Both the position numbers and the translations under genes were made by a program. Of a stretch of DNA of 64,000 bases, positions 60,327 to 64,000 are shown piece by piece; position 1 is the first letter of the stretch; each line of letters opens with the position of its first letter. Under the pieces are notes generated by a model. It did not search any database, was not told where the DNA came from, and was given only the letters and a program-made list of their open reading frames with translations. The DNA lies in NCBI GenBank assembly GCA_037379345.1, contig CM074511.1:2976001-3040000 (forward strand), written 5' to 3'. Source of the stretch: Perna viridis (Eukaryota).

Positions 60327-61367
60327 CAGATGAGATTACTTCTAACCTCTCTCAAAATCTGTCAGAATCTGTCAGGAAAACTGTTCTATGACAGCGGTTA
60401 GAACAGAAATCCTGACAGGGTCTGGCAGAGGCTGTCCTGGGTCATGATGACACACTTTGTCTAATTCCCTGACAGATCCTGACAGAAACTGTTCTGGGTC
60501 GAGACAAAGAAACACGAAAAGCTGTTCTAAACTGTCAGACCCCTGGACAGTTCCTGACACTAAATCTGTATTCTACGTGACGTCATTTAGAACAGGAAGT
60601 TTGATTAAAAAATGAAAACTGATCAAAAAAGAAGATTGTGTCTGTGTGTCGTGATTTAGAATAGCAATTCAGATTACAATTGTCGTTTTATTTCGAATAT
60701 TTATATAAGCGCAGTCACTTACTTGTACACTGGAAACGCAGAAGTTATACCGTCTTCGCTTTGCGACTTTCACAGTACGTATAAACGATGGCGGAAATTA
60801 CGTAAGAGATCGCTCGACGAAGTAGCAAAAAATCGTTACACCATCACACGAACAAGTTTTCAAAGTAACGAATCTGGAATGGCCATGGACATGAGAACGT
60901 ATTGGCTGATAAAATTGCCCAATAGCCTCTTTTGAAATAGATATTCTCTCAGAATCTACTAAAATCTTGGCAATTTCCACATATGATGTTCGCCTTCTCG
61001 TAAATTATCGATCCTCTGTCTCAGATAAACTGAAATTCGGTGAACCTTTACGACTGGCATTACGATACGTGTCTTCTGGTGAACCAAAAAAGTTCTAAAT
61101 GACGTAATTTGGAAGAATAGTATTATAATCTGTCAGGATCTGTTCTCGTTAGAAACTGTTCAGTAATAGAAACTGTTCAACGTAGAACAGTTCCTGATAG
61201 AGAAAGAGCGGTATCAGGACCCAGGACAGTTTATGATAGAGATTGTTTCAAGTCCTGACAGAGTCTGACAAGGTGTGTCATGGGTCTGGACAGTTCCTGA
61301 CAGATTAGAACTGTTCTGACAGCAAACCCTGACAGGATCGAAGAGAGGTTAGAAGTAAACGCATCTG
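60327..61367. mobile_element. Non-autonomous DNA transposon (~1040 bp) with TA TSD
   Basis: TIRs CAGATGAGATTACTTCTAACCTCTCT / AGAGAGGTTAGAAGTAAACGCATCTG and many subterminal CTGACAG/CTGTCAG motifs. Inserted in a ~37-bp minisatellite (ACCATTATCTATCTGGCACCCTTACCCTTTATGGTAG). Confidence 0.8.
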
Positions 61368-61454
61368 TACCTGGTCCCCTTATCCTTTATGGTAGACCAT
61401 TATCTATCTGGCACCCTTACCCTTTATGATAGACCATTATCTATTTGGCCCCTT

Positions 61455-62032
61455 TATGTGATGACTTTTCATTCAGAATTGTCAACTTTCCTTTCATCTG
61501 TGGCAACATCCCTTCAGCACCTGCGTATGGAGTGTTCATATCAAAACTCATACGTTATGCCAGGGCTTGCCGTAACTACGCAGACTCTTTTGTATCGGGC
61601 TAGAACTCTAACAAATAGGCTTCTGGAACAAGGTTATGTTGCTACAAGATTGAAGTCATCACTACAGAAGTTTTATGGTCGTCATCATGAACTCGTGGAT
61701 CGTTATGGTGTATCCATCTGCACATGAAAACTGATTTATTCAACGGGTCATAGTTTTCCTTTCCTCGTTTGTCTACCCCGGACTTGACTTTTTAAGAGCA
61801 ACTCGGCGGGTGTTTCTAGAAAAGCAGAAGACGCTTACCCTACCGGTGCACCTGGTCCATGCTCCCAGTTTTAAGTGGAGTCCGAGTTGCTCATTTGCTT
61901 TTGTTACTTTGTATGTATGATTTTAGTTACTTTATGTTCTTTGTTGTGTATGTCTGCTTTCCATGTCTGGTCTTCGTCCCTGGATTAGATTCTTTTGATT
62001 ACCGCTATAACCTTGGTTCCCTTGATTACTCT
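61455..62032 (+). mobile_element. Penelope-like (Naiad-type) 3' fragment
   Basis: DDFSFRIVNFPFICGNIPSAPAYGVFISKL...QKFYGRHHELVDRYG plus the full family UTR. Confidence 0.8.
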
Positions 62033-63410
62033 TTAACTGTAAATGACTATTGTAAAAGTAATCAAGGGAACCAAGGTTATAGCGTTATATAGGTTATATG
62101 CTAGATGTAAAAATGAAAAACCCTTTCAAATAACTCCGTCGTTAATACCTATCAAAGTATGTTACCTTTGAATGCAACAGGCCAACAATACAAAAACTAT
62201 CTCGGTTTCCCCTTTCCGAAGTTAGATTATATTCTCATAACTAATGACTAACACTATGATTACTACAAAAAGTTGTTTAGTTAAGAGTAATAATTCTGGG
62301 TAGATACATACAGAATGAAGTTCGGTATTAGCCCAACAGTTGCATGTATCAAAATACCGTGTACTAGTGATTAAACATATTCTCTGTAAAAGTTTGAGAC
62401 TTCTCGCCGTCAGCAGAATTCCTGGTGTCACGGTACGGATTTTTTTGTTTTGATTATCAGTAACAACTCTTAGGTCGCAGTATGGATGAAGATTAGAATA
62501 GCGTACACGTCATTTGTATACTGATTCACAAAAAAAATCAATTAGTTCGTTTATTTCATATTAGTTCATTTTATTTCATATAGTAATCCCGCCATTGGTC
62601 TACAAAAATAATGATATATTTGAAGAAAGAAATTATGCTGTCACGAATGTTACTACTCGTGAAATCATTTAATGTTAATCACTGTTCAGTAAAACGAAAT
62701 TTGCGATAGAAGATCCTGTCTTTTTATTTTTTTTCCTTACGACCTGTCCTGTCAGCCTACATAACAATACAATGGTTGTTCCCTTAACCAACATGATTTA
62801 TAACTATATGAATGTAAATCTTTATTATAAGTAAATAAAAGCCTAACTCATAAATTCTACAATGGTCATTCTGACATGAATGGATGGATATGGAAGAGAT
62901 CTTGGGCTGAATATAAAAATGTATAATACATAATGAACTTTTCACCAAAAACATACAAACATAAACTGGAGATAAATTATACAACACAGCATCATTCTGT
63001 ATAATATCAATGAACAACACATAGGAGTCATCTTAATGTATATTCTTAATTTTCTATACTACTCTTAAACATTCGTTTCAGTGTTAAATCAAGTCTCGAG
63101 GCAGATAAATCTCATTTCACTAAATTCACTAAAAATGTACTTCTTTATGGAAGTATAAGTTATGGAGATGACAGGAACTTGACTTACATCCTAGCTGCTC
63201 CAATATATATATATATATATATATAATTTACCTCTCTACCATGTCCATCTATGTATAATATTTGTCATATTTCTATCCATTACATGGCACATTTTTAACA
63301 TTTTATTCCAAACATGTTTTAGGAACTCTCATCTGTCAGATCTCTAAACATCTATATACAACATAGCTACATTATGTATCACTTTTCAGGGAATCTACAT
63401 CATTTATTGA

Positions 63411-63907
63411 TCAGGAATCATTACTGCCTTCCTTGTTATCGTCACCAGGAGTTGTAATAGTAACTGCGGGCACATCGTCGCTAGTAAGTCCCTCCTTATC
63501 CCCTGTTTCATCTGACTTTGTTACCTCCCCTTGATTTTCAGATTTATTTCCATCGTCAGTTTCATCAGTCTTTTCTTGTTCATTGTCCTTTACTTCTTCT
63601 ATATTGTCAGATTTCTTATCAACATTTTCGTCTTTCAATTCTTCAGTTTTATCTTCAATTTTAGCTTCCTCGTCGGCACTTTCGTCTTTCTTTTCTACGA
63701 GAGGAACTTCTTCAGCTCTATTTGACCTGAGTTTATTAAGAAACCGTAGACCACCTTTTTTCTTAGGTTTAGCCTCCTCGTTCTCTATTGATGCCTCGTC
63801 CTTAGATGTTTTATTTTTCTTGTCTTTCTTAGACTTTACTTCCCCATCTTCAGCATGTGATGCCTTATGGAACGTCATTTTTGCTTTAAATCCAGCAAAC
63901 GATGGTC
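63411..63907 (-). CDS. Probable terminal exon of an unidentified host gene (acidic/lysine-rich disordered tail)
   Basis: Acceptor TTTCTAG at 63908-63909, then a stop-free E/D/K-rich frame to TGA at 63411-63413. Confidence 0.6.
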
Positions 63908-64000
63908 CTAGAAATTAAGCAGATTTATAGGTAAAACAATAATGTCTCCACAAATAACCACTTTGATACGGCTGTTTAGTTTACTCTTCCAACAAACAAG

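Noticed and set aside
61859-62092. Recurrent hydrophobic 'signal peptide' ORFs (MLPV...HLLLLLCMYD) at several loci
   Set aside because: These are translations of the T-rich Penelope 3' UTR, and the frames differ between copies.

Overview
Animal genomic DNA, probably from a bivalve mollusc (AT-rich, spliceosomal introns, bivalve-type repeats). Bases 1-11040 are a sharply bounded GC-rich island: the right part of an endogenous group-2 Polinton/Maverick (beta-adintovirus type). It carries penton, double-jelly-roll major capsid, a core/membrane-lytic protein, a packaging ATPase, a Zn-ribbon-PLA2-integrase-chromodomain fusion, a fibre remnant and a pPolB with an EndoVII insert, and it ends in ...CACACTACT. 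Most of its core genes have 1-2 lesions. The rest is AT-rich host DNA with a three-exon, divergent TGF-beta-family ligand gene on the minus strand (56097 to 21152, ~318 aa, ~32-kb second intron) and the acidic last exon of another gene at the window end. Nested mobile elements include: a PAT-like DIRS element with split direct repeats; many Naiad-type Penelope 3' fragments; a pogo transposase split at TTAA by a 12.2-kb piggyBac-like insertion, which contains a Gypsy remnant carrying a TatD nuclease just before its PPT/LTR; a BEL/Pao element; two LINEs; SINEs; helentron-type elements; and MITEs. All calls come from manual motif reading and hand translation; no database searches were run.
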